Assembly (NCBI GenBank): GCA_963737635.1
Contig: CAVTTL010000001.1
Span: forward strand, 1,376,001-1,440,000
DNA: 64,000 nt
Origin: an uncultured Methanoregulaceae archaeon
GTDB taxonomy: Archaea; Halobacteriota; Methanomicrobia; Methanomicrobiales; Methanospirillaceae
Reading direction: 5' to 3'
Shown here: positions 20,107-29,754 of the stretch, one piece after another
How the letters are laid out: each line of letters starts with the position of its first letter
Numbering within the stretch: position 1 is the first letter of the stretch
The notes under the pieces: model-generated
Told to the model about the DNA's origin: nothing
Seen by the model: the letters and a program-made list of their open reading frames with translations, nothing else
Databases searched by the model: none
Program-made: the position numbers and the translations under genes

Positions 20107-22620
20107 TCACGAGCTTCGGTAATGAAAAAGAGAATCAACATACCATTTTTTCCATCTTCTGAACTCTGAAAACGGGATTGCATGATTATACTCTAAAAAT
20201 TTCAATGCGGTCATCAGTGTCAGTCCCGCTATAAAGAGAGCGTTCTTCGGCTTGGTATTCCGGGAAATCTGACGATCCATATACATATGCGCATATGCAT
20301 AAATCCATGTCGAAGGAATGTTTCCCGTACCGTAGTGTTTCCTGATCACATTGAGGATCTCTTCATGGGCTTCAAGCCGCTTCGACATAGTCTTTGTTTC
20401 CTGGTACAAACGTGAATTTGCGAGGTAGTCACTGATATACCCAAGAGTTCCATAGTGTTTTGCTATGCGGATCCAATAATCGTAATCCATAGCATAATGG
20501 AGGTTATCATCAAATAAACCGATCTTTTCAATGACATCCCGTTTCCAGAATGTCGTCGGCTGGCAGATATAACAGGTCTCAGCGAGGTGCCGGAAATCAA
20601 AGGGTTCTGTGGGATACCGTTCGATTATTTTCCCCTCTGCGGTTATATGATATCCTTCCCCGTACACACATGAATCCTGGTTTTCAGAAGTAAGATAACG
20701 AACTGCACGTGTCACCGCACCGGGGAGATAGGTGTCGTCAGAATTGAGATATGCTAAGATCTCACCTTTTGCGAGCCTGAGACCTTTATTGATGGCGTCG
20801 GTCTGACCCTTGTCTTTCTCTGAAAACCAAGTAACACGTTCTTCATATTTCCTGAGTATTTCGAGCGTCTGATCAGTAGAGCCACCGTCCATGACAATAT
20901 ACTCAATGTTGGGGTAATCTTGGTTTAAAACGCTCAATATGGTCTCTTCAATAAACCGGCCTTGATTATAGGAAGGAGTTACTATCGTGACGAGCGGCAA
21001 TTCCTGAGTAATCATCAGATTGTTTTTTTGATAAACTGCTTTGCTTTTGATGAACTGCGTTGCTGTTGCAGTATTATCTATTAACATGAGTGAATCTAGT
21101 ATAACCGATATCTCCCGTTCATCGTTATTGATTGCCAGTTTTCTGGGGACATACAATCTATTGGGAATGATTTCAACGCTATATTCCGAATCCTTTTCTC
21201 CAAGAGCCGGAAATTCAAACTCAAAGGAATATTTCCCCAATGCCGGGATCAGGATTTTGGTTTTTTTCTTTTTATTGAGTACAACCGTCATTTTCATCGG
21301 GTACCGTACTGGGAGCCCGCCTATAAGATCCATCTGTACGGAACGGAATATCTTTTTTGGGCCCCGATACCTGAAAGCTACCCGGGAGATCCAGCCGTCA
21401 GGATAGAGCCCGTCAAAGACCCCTTCCTCCCTTTTGGGATATGCGATCTCAACTTTTTTTGCTTTAGCATATGCAGAAACAAAAAGATCAAGATGCATGC
21501 GTGCAACTTTGTCGTAGGTATAGTTGGTTGCCCGGGTTTTTCCAATCAGAATAAGTTTTTCGCGTAATGCATCGTCATCGATGATCCTGTACATCGCATC
21601 GCATATGCTCTGGGGATCACTTGGATCGAATAGATACGCAGCGTCTCCTGTCACTTCGGGAATACTCGTGGAATTTGACGCGATAATGGGACACCCTGTT
21701 GCCATTGCTTCTAAAAGAGGGATCCCGAAACCTTCGAAAAGGGAAGGGAAGACAAGGGCTTTTGCATTTTTATAAAGATTCGGCATATCGTCCCTATCGA
21801 TGTAGTCTAAGATGTGGATGACATCATTTAACCGATACCGGGAGATCAGGTCATGAATCTCCTTGTTCCCCCGGAGATCACTCCCGGTAAGAACGAGATG
21901 AACCGAATCGCCATAGGTTTTCCGGTACAAATTAAATGCCATAATCAATGTCTGATGATTTTTGTGAGGCCATGCATTCGCAGGGTACAACAAATAGTTA
22001 CCGGGAAGATCGTATTTCTCTCTAGTGTCATATTTTGGCTCTGATGCTTGTGCGAAATTATCACCAGCTGCCAAGTGGATTACTGCAATTTTCTCCGGAA
22101 TAATTCCCAGTTTCTCAATAAAACTTTGTTTCGAGAATTCAGAGATGGTAATAATATCCATTGCCTGTTCACAGGATGGCCGGATATACCCTCTTCTAAG
22201 CGCTAATTCCTCATGAGAAAAATAGTCCGGATAATATTCATGCTGAAGATCCGGAATGGTTACGATTCCCGGTATTTCAAGGGGCCGGGGATCAAGACTT
22301 AAAAAGGGACAAAACCACAAATCAAACTGGTATTTTTTAATAAGTTCCTGTAAAGAATCTCCTGAAAAATGTTTACCGGAAATACGGCGATGGAATGATG
22401 AAGAAATCCGGGTGAATATCCCACAATCATCGTGAATAGCAATTTTTGTACAATTCGGGGCTGAATACTTCAGCGAATAATCATTGTATGGTGCAGTGAT
22501 CAGGTAATAGCGATTAATAGTATCGATACGAAAAAGATGCTCCAGTAAATTTCGCAGGTATACCTCCATCCCCCCGTTTTTCCCAGGACGCAATGGTAAT
22601 AGGTTAATGCCGATTTTCAT
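20107..22620 (-). CDS. multidomain glycosyltransferase: GT4 + linker domain + GT2
   Basis: N-terminal YPANAWPHKNH and FPSLFEGFGIPLLEAM; C-terminal IVTPSYNQG, DGGSTD, YLNSDD. Confidence 0.9.
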   Translation of the reverse strand: MKIGINLLPLRPGKNGGMEVYLRNLLEHLFRIDTINRYYLITAPYNDYSLKYSAPNCTKIAIHDDCGIFTRISSSFHRRISGKHFSGDSLQELIKKYQFDLWFCPFLSLDPRPLEIPGIVTIPDLQHEYYPDYFSHEELALRRGYIRPSCEQAMDIITISEFSKQSFIEKLGIIPEKIAVIHLAAGDNFAQASEPKYDTREKYDLPGNYLLYPANAWPHKNHQTLIMAFNLYRKTYGDSVHLVLTGSDLRGNKEIHDLISRYRLNDVIHILDYIDRDDMPNLYKNAKALVFPSLFEGFGIPLLEAMATGCPIIASNSTSIPEVTGDAAYLFDPSDPQSICDAMYRIIDDDALREKLILIGKTRATNYTYDKVARMHLDLFVSAYAKAKKVEIAYPKREEGVFDGLYPDGWISRVAFRYRGPKKIFRSVQMDLIGGLPVRYPMKMTVVLNKKKKTKILIPALGKYSFEFEFPALGEKDSEYSVEIIPNRLYVPRKLAINNDEREISVILDSLMLIDNTATATQFIKSKAVYQKNNLMITQELPLVTIVTPSYNQGRFIEETILSVLNQDYPNIEYIVMDGGSTDQTLEILRKYEERVTWFSEKDKGQTDAINKGLRLAKGEILAYLNSDDTYLPGAVTRAVRYLTSENQDSCVYGEGYHITAEGKIIERYPTEPFDFRHLAETCYICQPTTFWKRDVIEKIGLFDDNLHYAMDYDYWIRIAKHYGTLGYISDYLANSRLYQETKTMSKRLEAHEEILNVIRKHYGTGNIPSTWIYAYAHMYMDRQISRNTKPKNALFIAGLTLMTALKFLEYNHAIPFSEFRRWKKWYVDSLFHYRSS

Positions 22621-22640
22621 AAGTATCCACAAGGATTAGT

Positions 22641-23804
22641 TTACTCAGGACCGTTATTGGCGAGTAATTGATCCAAGGTCCGTATTTTATTATCTGATAT
22701 ATCTAATACAGGCAGATCTTTGATCAAATTAAGTCTTCTATCACCGGAAACATAGGACAATTGGCCCTCGACATCACGCGATTCCCGGTATTTACTGGTG
22801 AAATAACCCTCTTTTGCAGTTAATTCTTTAAAACCCGAAGCCAGATCTTTTCGAATAAAAAAGGCGTTATTTCCTGCAGTATTTGAACTGATAAAAACAT
22901 ACCCTTTCTGTTGGGCCAACATGCACAAGGCAGGTAAGGAAGCTCCCCAGTACAGATTTGAAAAATGTGCTCTGGTTCGATCGAAATCCGAAGTATAGGG
23001 TATAGTTATTGCATGGGTGCATCCAAAAACGCTATTATATTCACAAATTACGATTCTTGGGGATATTGCTGTAATCGCTTGCCAGACCCAATAATCATTT
23101 CCATCAATATCTATGCTCAATAAGCCAATATCTCCGGATATCCCGGCCTCTTTAAATATCTCATTAATATTCTCTGTGGTTATAAAATTACACAGAGCTG
23201 TTAAATCATATTTCCAGAATATCGAGTCTTGTTTAATTTCATCGATCGCACTCTTAGAGGAATCAACAATCAGCCCACTCCAATTATTATTCATCAATAA
23301 AAAACGCGTGTTTGATTCTTTATAATTTTCAACGCCAAATTCAACGAAATATTTGTTTTCCAAGGTAATTTTATTAATAATCCATTGAATGATTCCGTCT
23401 TCTCCCCATTGAGAAAAAACAGACAGTTCTGCATCAATTGGGGAAATTATCTGAGTATTGTCTCTTGTTTTAAGGATATATTGACTAAGTAGAAATTTTG
23501 AGGATTGGTCAAATTGATCTAGTTGTATCCTTATATTAGACTCAAGTTGAGTTGATGAGGAGATGATATCATTTTGGATCTTCCTTTCAGATGCACTGAT
23601 TATTTCGTTAATGTGCTTTTTTGTGGCGGTTTCAGATGCACTGATTATTTCGTTAATATGTTTTTTTATGGCAGTTTCAGATCCACCGATTATTTCATTA
23701 ATATGCTTTTCTGAGGCTATTTGCTCTTGTTTAAGTCTATCCACTAATTGGTTAAAGAAAGCATGAGAGACCGGAAGTATCTTGGCTAGCCAGCTGCGTG
23801 TCAA
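22641..23804 (-). CDS. methyltransferase-like (FkbM-related) protein with N-terminal repeat/coiled-coil region
   Basis: FSQWGEDGII, FVEFGV, LLSIDIDGNDYWVW motifs; N-terminal 15-aa repeats; TTG start. Confidence 0.7.
   Translation of the reverse strand: MTRSWLAKILPVSHAFFNQLVDRLKQEQIASEKHINEIIGGSETAIKKHINEIISASETATKKHINEIISASERKIQNDIISSSTQLESNIRIQLDQFDQSSKFLLSQYILKTRDNTQIISPIDAELSVFSQWGEDGIIQWIINKITLENKYFVEFGVENYKESNTRFLLMNNNWSGLIVDSSKSAIDEIKQDSIFWKYDLTALCNFITTENINEIFKEAGISGDIGLLSIDIDGNDYWVWQAITAISPRIVICEYNSVFGCTHAITIPYTSDFDRTRAHFSNLYWGASLPALCMLAQQKGYVFISSNTAGNNAFFIRKDLASGFKELTAKEGYFTSKYRESRDVEGQLSYVSGDRRLNLIKDLPVLDISDNKIRTLDQLLANNGPE
23585..23710. repeat. 45-bp in-frame tandem repeat, ~2.8 copies
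   Basis: Units start tttcagat at 23585, 23630, 23675; encode KHINEII(S/G)(A/G)SE(TAxK). Confidence 0.93.
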
Positions 23805-23958
23805 TATGAGTATAATTTATGGAGTCTTTGATATATACTTTAAGTTAAAAAAGAAGCCAATGTTGATCAATGATAAATGAAATTTTCGTTCAATGTCAAG
23901 TCAATATATATATTGTATGTATTCTCAAGTTCATTAAAATCATGCGGAATTAAGTTAA

Positions 23959-25200
23959 TCAGGGGGAATATTGAATTATTACCTTCGGGTTCATATTAAA
24001 AATTCCAGAATAAAGAATAGCTTGGGAATTGGGTATCACTTTGAGTAATTGAATATCTTGAATAAACAATAAATACTCTTCAAATGTTCCAATCCCATTT
24101 CCTATATTTGTTACACCCACGGAAAGAGGATACTCACCTGATGCCAGAGGCACATTAAAATCAAAAATAATTGTTGCGATCTGATTTGCCAAGAGCTTTG
24201 AAGGTTTTAACTGCATTGAATCCGTTTCAACTTGGAAAATTCTTTGACCCAGATAATTGCGGACGATAAATCCAAAATGTGGTTCGATCAGATCTTTCTT
24301 AGAGATCACTTCAAAAAATATCCTGATGTTTTGTTCACTTTCAACAAATGAGATTTCCTCGTCATTTTCATTCAGGATTTTAAATGAGCGTAATTCGACT
24401 TCACCGGTGTTTAATCCCGATTTTCCTTTATTTTTTTCCGAATTCTCTTTTATGATTGATAACTCAGATTCTCCTTTGTGGATTTGTTTGACTATCGTAT
24501 TTTCATAGAAGTCGACAACTGATTTGGTTTCACCGTACTCTATTGCATGACCATGGTTCAGCAGGAGAGTACGATCACAGAGCATTCGTACCGCATTCAT
24601 ATCGTGCGACACGAACACGATCGATCCCCCACTTGCCCGGAACTCTTGGATCTTCCGCATGCATTTCTGCTGGAAATAGGCATCCCCGACCGCCAGTGCT
24701 TCATCGACAAGGAAGCACGTCGGATTTGCGTGAATGGCAATCGAGAATGCGAGTCGCATAACCATCCCGGAAGAGTAGGTCTTGATTGGCTCGTTGATGA
24801 AGTCCCCTAACTCGGAAAAATCGATGATCGTCTGCTTCTTTTTGTTGATCTCGTCTTTGGTCATCCCTATGAGGGTGCCGTTCATGTAAATATTTTCAAG
24901 GCCGGTCATCTCGTAGTTGAACCCGGTGCCAAGTTCGAGAAGGCCGGTCACTTTACCGTCGACATGGATCGTTCCCTTGTCCGGGATCACAATGCCGGAG
25001 AGGATCTTCAGGAGCGTGGACTTGCCGGCACCGTTCTGTCCGATGATACCGAGAGTTTCGCCGTTCTTTACTTCAAAGGAGATGTTGTCGAGCGCCACAA
25101 AGTCCTTGTGGTACTTTCTCCGGTAGACAATTTCCCGAAGTCTGTCGGCTGGCGAATGGTAGAGCTTGAACTGCTTTGAGATCCCTTCGACTCGTATCAT
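23959..25200 (-). CDS. wzt: polysaccharide ABC exporter ATP-binding subunit with C-terminal Wzt_C domain
   Basis: GQNGAGKST, YSSGMVMRLAF, DEALAVGDAYFQQKC; C-terminal beta-rich extension. Confidence 0.92.
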   Translation of the reverse strand: MIRVEGISKQFKLYHSPADRLREIVYRRKYHKDFVALDNISFEVKNGETLGIIGQNGAGKSTLLKILSGIVIPDKGTIHVDGKVTGLLELGTGFNYEMTGLENIYMNGTLIGMTKDEINKKKQTIIDFSELGDFINEPIKTYSSGMVMRLAFSIAIHANPTCFLVDEALAVGDAYFQQKCMRKIQEFRASGGSIVFVSHDMNAVRMLCDRTLLLNHGHAIEYGETKSVVDFYENTIVKQIHKGESELSIIKENSEKNKGKSGLNTGEVELRSFKILNENDEEISFVESEQNIRIFFEVISKKDLIEPHFGFIVRNYLGQRIFQVETDSMQLKPSKLLANQIATIIFDFNVPLASGEYPLSVGVTNIGNGIGTFEEYLLFIQDIQLLKVIPNSQAILYSGIFNMNPKVIIQYSP

Positions 25201-25339
25201 GGACGCGTGTACCGTAGTTGATTCGCAGATGCATTAAAAATATCGAACACGGGGGACGAGACCTGCAATATCGAACAAGGATGCAGCCATGATCAAAAGA
25301 AATACAGACAAATTCCAAAACTTAAAAAGAGGAATTTCT

Positions 25340-25505
25340 GGACTACGCGCTTTCCGGGTACTCGATTTCGCATACCGGGTAATTCCGGTCTTTTGAGTCA
25401 CTTCTCCGTTCATTACATAATTCAGAAACCATGTGATGAGTTGTGGCATCCCTTTCTCCTTATCAGTAAGGTAATCCAGTACAGTGTCTCTTAAAGTCGT
25501 GCCCC
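25340..25505 (-). mobile_element. IS256-family transposase N-terminal remnant
   Basis: LDYLTDKEKGMPQLITWFLNYVM..EVTQKTGITRYAKSSTRKAR resembles the FLN.VM..E.....GA.RYER...R start of IS256 transposases; no catalytic core. Confidence 0.6.
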
Positions 25506-25560
25506 GTATGCTACCTCTAATCAATGGATGTAAATTCAATGATCATTTAATTAGATTAAG

Positions 25561-26442
25561 ATGATCAAGATAAAATCGCGTTTGTTATTTTTTGATTTGC
25601 TTCGGATAGGGTGTATCGCAGCGATAGTTTGTGATCATCTTATCCATCTCGGTTGTATAACCTTGCCGGGGTATCTTGAATTTCTCGGCGTTGTTCGACC
25701 CTACTTTGGGGGGGCATTTTGGTTATCACTTGGAAACTTAGGTGTATATGGTCTTATTTTTGTGAGCGGGGCTGTTCTTGCATTCACACATCCAAAGGTG
25801 GATAATTTATTTGAATTTTTCAAGAGACGATTAATACGGCTGTATCCAGTGGTTTGGATGAGTCTTGTCGTTGCATTATTAATAACGCCCACTTTGATCA
25901 CTTCAGTCACTGTACGTAACTGGATCCTTAGCATAATTGGAATGACAATTTACGCCGGGGAGTGGGGCGGACCGATTAATCCCATCTTGTGGTTCATCGG
26001 CCTTATCGTCGCTCTTTATCTGCTCTACCCATTTATAGCAAGATTCATCGATAAGTCACCACATGTCGCGATGGGGGCCATGATTCTAATCTCTGTGCTC
26101 TCGACGTTTGTTATTGTTTATTTCAACTTAGATCCATCGATTAATGGGCCTCAATGCATGCCGAGATGGTTGTTCCTTTGCAACCTCATGGAATTCGGTT
26201 TCGGAGTTTATATCGTGAAAATGGGGATATATCCAAAAATAACGTATACAAACCCCGCTATAAGCTATCTTGCAGAATTATCTTTTTGTATATTTTTATT
26301 CGAATACATTTTAATTGGAATCGGGCTCGTCAATTTAGGTTTATATTTTTTCATGCTTTTTGTTATCAGTGCAGCTGCATTGAATATCGACAAGCAGATT
26401 CAGCAAAAATTCAAACACTATTTTAAGGTCTCTGAGGGATGA
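25561..26442 (+). CDS. acyltransferase 3 (OafA-like) membrane protein
   Basis: FFDLLR, IFVSG, KRRLIRLYP, LWFIG...YLLYP; ~9-10 TMs. Confidence 0.88.
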   Translation: MIKIKSRLLFFDLLRIGCIAAIVCDHLIHLGCITLPGYLEFLGVVRPYFGGAFWLSLGNLGVYGLIFVSGAVLAFTHPKVDNLFEFFKRRLIRLYPVVWMSLVVALLITPTLITSVTVRNWILSIIGMTIYAGEWGGPINPILWFIGLIVALYLLYPFIARFIDKSPHVAMGAMILISVLSTFVIVYFNLDPSINGPQCMPRWLFLCNLMEFGFGVYIVKMGIYPKITYTNPAISYLAELSFCIFLFEYILIGIGLVNLGLYFFMLFVISAAALNIDKQIQQKFKHYFKVSEG

Positions 26443-26601
26443 ATGATCGAAAGACCTCTACTTCCTCATGAGCTGAGGATGCTACGCATTTCTGTTGGCG
26501 TTTCTTCTGCACGATGGAAAATATCGATCACTTGTATCGGTAAGGAACCGATCTAACTCATGGGCCTAACGTACGGTCCAGCGATTTTTCCGGGTCTATG
26601 A

Positions 26602-27369
26602 TCAGATGAAATCCCGGATATCCTTTTCGAGTTTTTTGAAGATCGCGTAATCCAGAACGATCAGCACCATACTTGCGCCGAGAACAATCGAGAGATAAAA
26701 GAACGAGGGCATCTGCTGGTAGACGAAAATATCATGGTATGCCGACACAACGGCAGTCATAGGGTTCCAGATCAAAATTCGCTGTACAACTGCAGGAAGA
26801 ATATTAAAAACGTACACGATGGGCGTAAACCAGAACCAGATCAGGAGCGCGATCGTAACAACCTCCTTGAGGTCCCGGAGAAAGACCACAAACATCGCCA
26901 GAAAAAATCCCAGCGCATAGGCAAACACCTGCTGTATCAGATAGATGACCGGGATCAGCAGCAGGTACCAGGAAAGAGGAACCCGGAAAAAAAGAATGAT
27001 CAAAAAGAATATCACAAAGGTTACGACGAACGTGATCGTTTCCGATATCACAATAAAGAGGGGGAGCGTGGGAAGGTCCATGTGGATCTTTGCGATGATA
27101 TTTTTCTTGTCCAGAAAGACCGTTGAGGACCGGGTGACCGTGTTGGTAAATGCAGTCCAGGGAATAAGACCAGAAACGAGGTAGACCCCGTAGCCCCAGA
27201 TCGAGGTATTACCTGCCAGCCTCGCCCCCATCAGGCTCCCGAAGACGACCATGTAGATGAAGATGTTGACCAAGGGGTAGATGAACGACCAGACAAACCC
27301 GAGCACTGAGCCTGAGTACCGCTCGATAAAATCCCGTTTTGCAAGTTCAAGAATCAGGCTGAAATTCAT
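26602..27369 (-). CDS. wzm: polysaccharide ABC exporter permease
   Basis: RYSGSVLGFVWSFIYP, FLRDL, WFWFTPIVY, WNPM. Confidence 0.92.
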   Translation of the reverse strand: MNFSLILELAKRDFIERYSGSVLGFVWSFIYPLVNIFIYMVVFGSLMGARLAGNTSIWGYGVYLVSGLIPWTAFTNTVTRSSTVFLDKKNIIAKIHMDLPTLPLFIVISETITFVVTFVIFFLIILFFRVPLSWYLLLIPVIYLIQQVFAYALGFFLAMFVVFLRDLKEVVTIALLIWFWFTPIVYVFNILPAVVQRILIWNPMTAVVSAYHDIFVYQQMPSFFYLSIVLGASMVLIVLDYAIFKKLEKDIRDFI

Positions 27370-27437
27370 GGGGGTGTCCCTCTCTTTTGCAGGGATTGTA
27401 TCCGGATGGATCGGATGTACGGGATGTTCAATCTTTC

Positions 27438-28532
27438 TTAATTTTGCCGGTCTTGAGTATCCCTGATCGCTTCCCGGATTCTCCCGGCAAACACCGGAAT
27501 ATCGAACTGCTCCGCACGTTCGCGGCAGGCATCCCGGAAATACTCTCCATCCCTCTCGGAGATTTCTCGTATGCCTTCGATGATTCCCTCAGGAGTTGCC
27601 TCAACCAGCCTCCCGGTCATCGTGTCTACTACGGACTCGAGGAAACCGCCTTCCCGTGGCGCAACCACCGGTTTTCCCGCAGCCATCGCTTCGAGAGGGG
27701 TCATCCCGAAATCCTCATCCATTGCAGTACAAATGAGGCCTTTGCACCGTGAATACAGGTCGATCAGCTCCTCATCGGAGACCGATCCAAGCAGCTCGAC
27801 GTTCACCGGGAGATGGGCAAGATATCCAAGGTTCTTTGCAGCGTGATCCCCCGGACTGTATCCTCCGACAATTTTAAGATGTTCATCAGGGAGCCTCCGG
27901 AATACTTCTATCTGGAGGGGAATTCTCTTCTCGGGGTACAGCCGGTTGACCGAGAGCCAGTATGCGGTTTCATTACTGTAACGGAACTTTTTTGCATCGA
28001 CCGGGGGGTAAATAACCATCGCATCGCGGTGATAAAATATGGCGATTCGCTTTTTTGTATTTTCGCTGTTGGTTACAATTCTATCAATCCGACGTACAGA
28101 TCTTCCATCAAACCATGAATGCAGGGAGATCCAGATCTTTGCAACGATACGGTGCACCGGCGTTTTCTGATTTTTAAGGAAATACGCTTTCAGATCATAA
28201 AAAACCCGGACAGGTGTGTGACAGTACCACATGTTCGGATGGTGATTGCGGGAGGCATAATGTGCCCAGTTCCCGCTGAAGATGAAAAAATCGTACTCCG
28301 GAAAACGGGATAACGCGAACTTGAACGATGCATGAATCTGTTTGAAGGGGGGTGTCTGGATAACATTTCCTAAACTGATCACCCTGACATCGTCGAATCC
28401 CATACAGTGAATGGATTCCCGGTTTACATCTGAAGTAATAATATCTGCACCCAGTTCACGCGCAAGGATCAATACGAGACGTTCCCCCCCGCCAATCGCA
28501 CCAAAATAATCGTGGAAGATCGCAACTCTCAT
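27438..28532 (-). CDS. glycosyltransferase family 4
   Basis: HDYFGAIGGGER, EDFGMTPLEAMAAGKPV. Confidence 0.9.
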   Translation of the reverse strand: MRVAIFHDYFGAIGGGERLVLILARELGADIITSDVNRESIHCMGFDDVRVISLGNVIQTPPFKQIHASFKFALSRFPEYDFFIFSGNWAHYASRNHHPNMWYCHTPVRVFYDLKAYFLKNQKTPVHRIVAKIWISLHSWFDGRSVRRIDRIVTNSENTKKRIAIFYHRDAMVIYPPVDAKKFRYSNETAYWLSVNRLYPEKRIPLQIEVFRRLPDEHLKIVGGYSPGDHAAKNLGYLAHLPVNVELLGSVSDEELIDLYSRCKGLICTAMDEDFGMTPLEAMAAGKPVVAPREGGFLESVVDTMTGRLVEATPEGIIEGIREISERDGEYFRDACRERAEQFDIPVFAGRIREAIRDTQDRQN

Positions 28533-28538
28533 GGCCGT

Positions 28539-29537
28539 TCAGCTGGTTTTTACCTTAGTTTCTTCCGTGAGCACGCGCTGATCCCAGTAATCGTAGAGAG
28601 ACAACAGACTCTGCTCGAAGGGTATCGCCGGTCCCCAGCCCAGATCCCGCCGTATCTTATCGTTACTGCCGATAATACGGGGATTGTCGATCGGACGGAT
28701 CTGCGCCTGCTCCTCGTGCACGCTGACGTTCAACCCTTTAAGATCCGCAAGCAGGGCCACGATCTCCCCTATGGTCCGGCCCGTACCGCTGCATATGTTA
28801 TAGACCTCCCCGCGTTTTCCTTTCGAAAGAAGGAGAACATAGGCGGCGACGACATCGTGCACATCGACGAAATCGCGCACAATAGACCCATTGCCAATAT
28901 GGATCACGGGATCCTGGAGGCCGTGGGCAATTCTCGCAAACTGCCGGGCGATAGCGCTTACTACAAACCGGTCGCTCTGGCCCGGGCCGCAGTGGTTGAA
29001 CGATCGCGTGCAGCAGATGTCAAGGCCGTACCCTTCAGCATAAATTTTCGCGAGCTGCTCCTGGGCCACCCGCGCAACCGCATAGGGATTTGCCGGATGC
29101 TGGGGGGTAGTTTCGGTTAATGGCAGGTCAGCGGCAGCGACAATCCCGTACTGTTCGGACGACCCGATCGAGAGCACCCGCGCACCGTTGTCGTTCTGCC
29201 GGACAGTATCAATGATATTTAAAAAAATATTGGTGTTGTTCATGAACGAAAAGACCGGCGTCTTCCAGCTCTCGGCAACGGAGCTTTGGGCCGCCAGGTG
29301 GAGAATATACTCCGGTTGAATCTCTTCAAGAAGCGATTTGATGGTAGGAATATCGAGCAGGTCTGCCTGGTGGAAATGGGAGCCGTTGCGCAGGCTCAGG
29401 CCACGGGGTACAAAATCCCATGCCGGTTTTGAGCGGCTGATGCCGTGGATCTCAAACCCGTTCGTATGATCTTCCAGGTAGGAGACAAGATGCCCCCCGA
29501 CAAAACCGCTGATACCGGTAATCAAGAGTCTTTTCAT
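28539..29537 (-). CDS. GDP-mannose dehydratase-family SDR, most like GDP-4-dehydro-6-deoxy-D-mannose reductase (Rmd)
   Basis: ITGISGFVG, HLAAQSSVAESW, GSSEQYG, RSFNHCGPGQ, VRDFVDV; the YxxxK motif reads YAVAR. Confidence 0.75.
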   Translation of the reverse strand: MKRLLITGISGFVGGHLVSYLEDHTNGFEIHGISRSKPAWDFVPRGLSLRNGSHFHQADLLDIPTIKSLLEEIQPEYILHLAAQSSVAESWKTPVFSFMNNTNIFLNIIDTVRQNDNGARVLSIGSSEQYGIVAAADLPLTETTPQHPANPYAVARVAQEQLAKIYAEGYGLDICCTRSFNHCGPGQSDRFVVSAIARQFARIAHGLQDPVIHIGNGSIVRDFVDVHDVVAAYVLLLSKGKRGEVYNICSGTGRTIGEIVALLADLKGLNVSVHEEQAQIRPIDNPRIIGSNDKIRRDLGWGPAIPFEQSLLSLYDYWDQRVLTEETKVKTS

Positions 29538-29754
29538 ATTGGTCTCCTTTTCGCGCCGCATGAGAAAACGGATGTAACGCCGAAATAACCCCGGTATTTT
29601 CCCGTATCTTATCTATTCGTCATTTCACTCACATGAACATTCGCGTCACTTTTTCCAGTCTCCCCGATCCTTTGTTCCCCTCTTTTCCTATGGATTTATT
29701 GAACAAAACAGCCATTATTTTCATACCTCTTTCAATCGTATACAGGACACACAC

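Noticed and set aside
23585-23710. CRISPR array
   Set aside because: Contiguous 45-bp in-frame coding repeats without unique spacers; no cas genes or arrays seen anywhere in the window.
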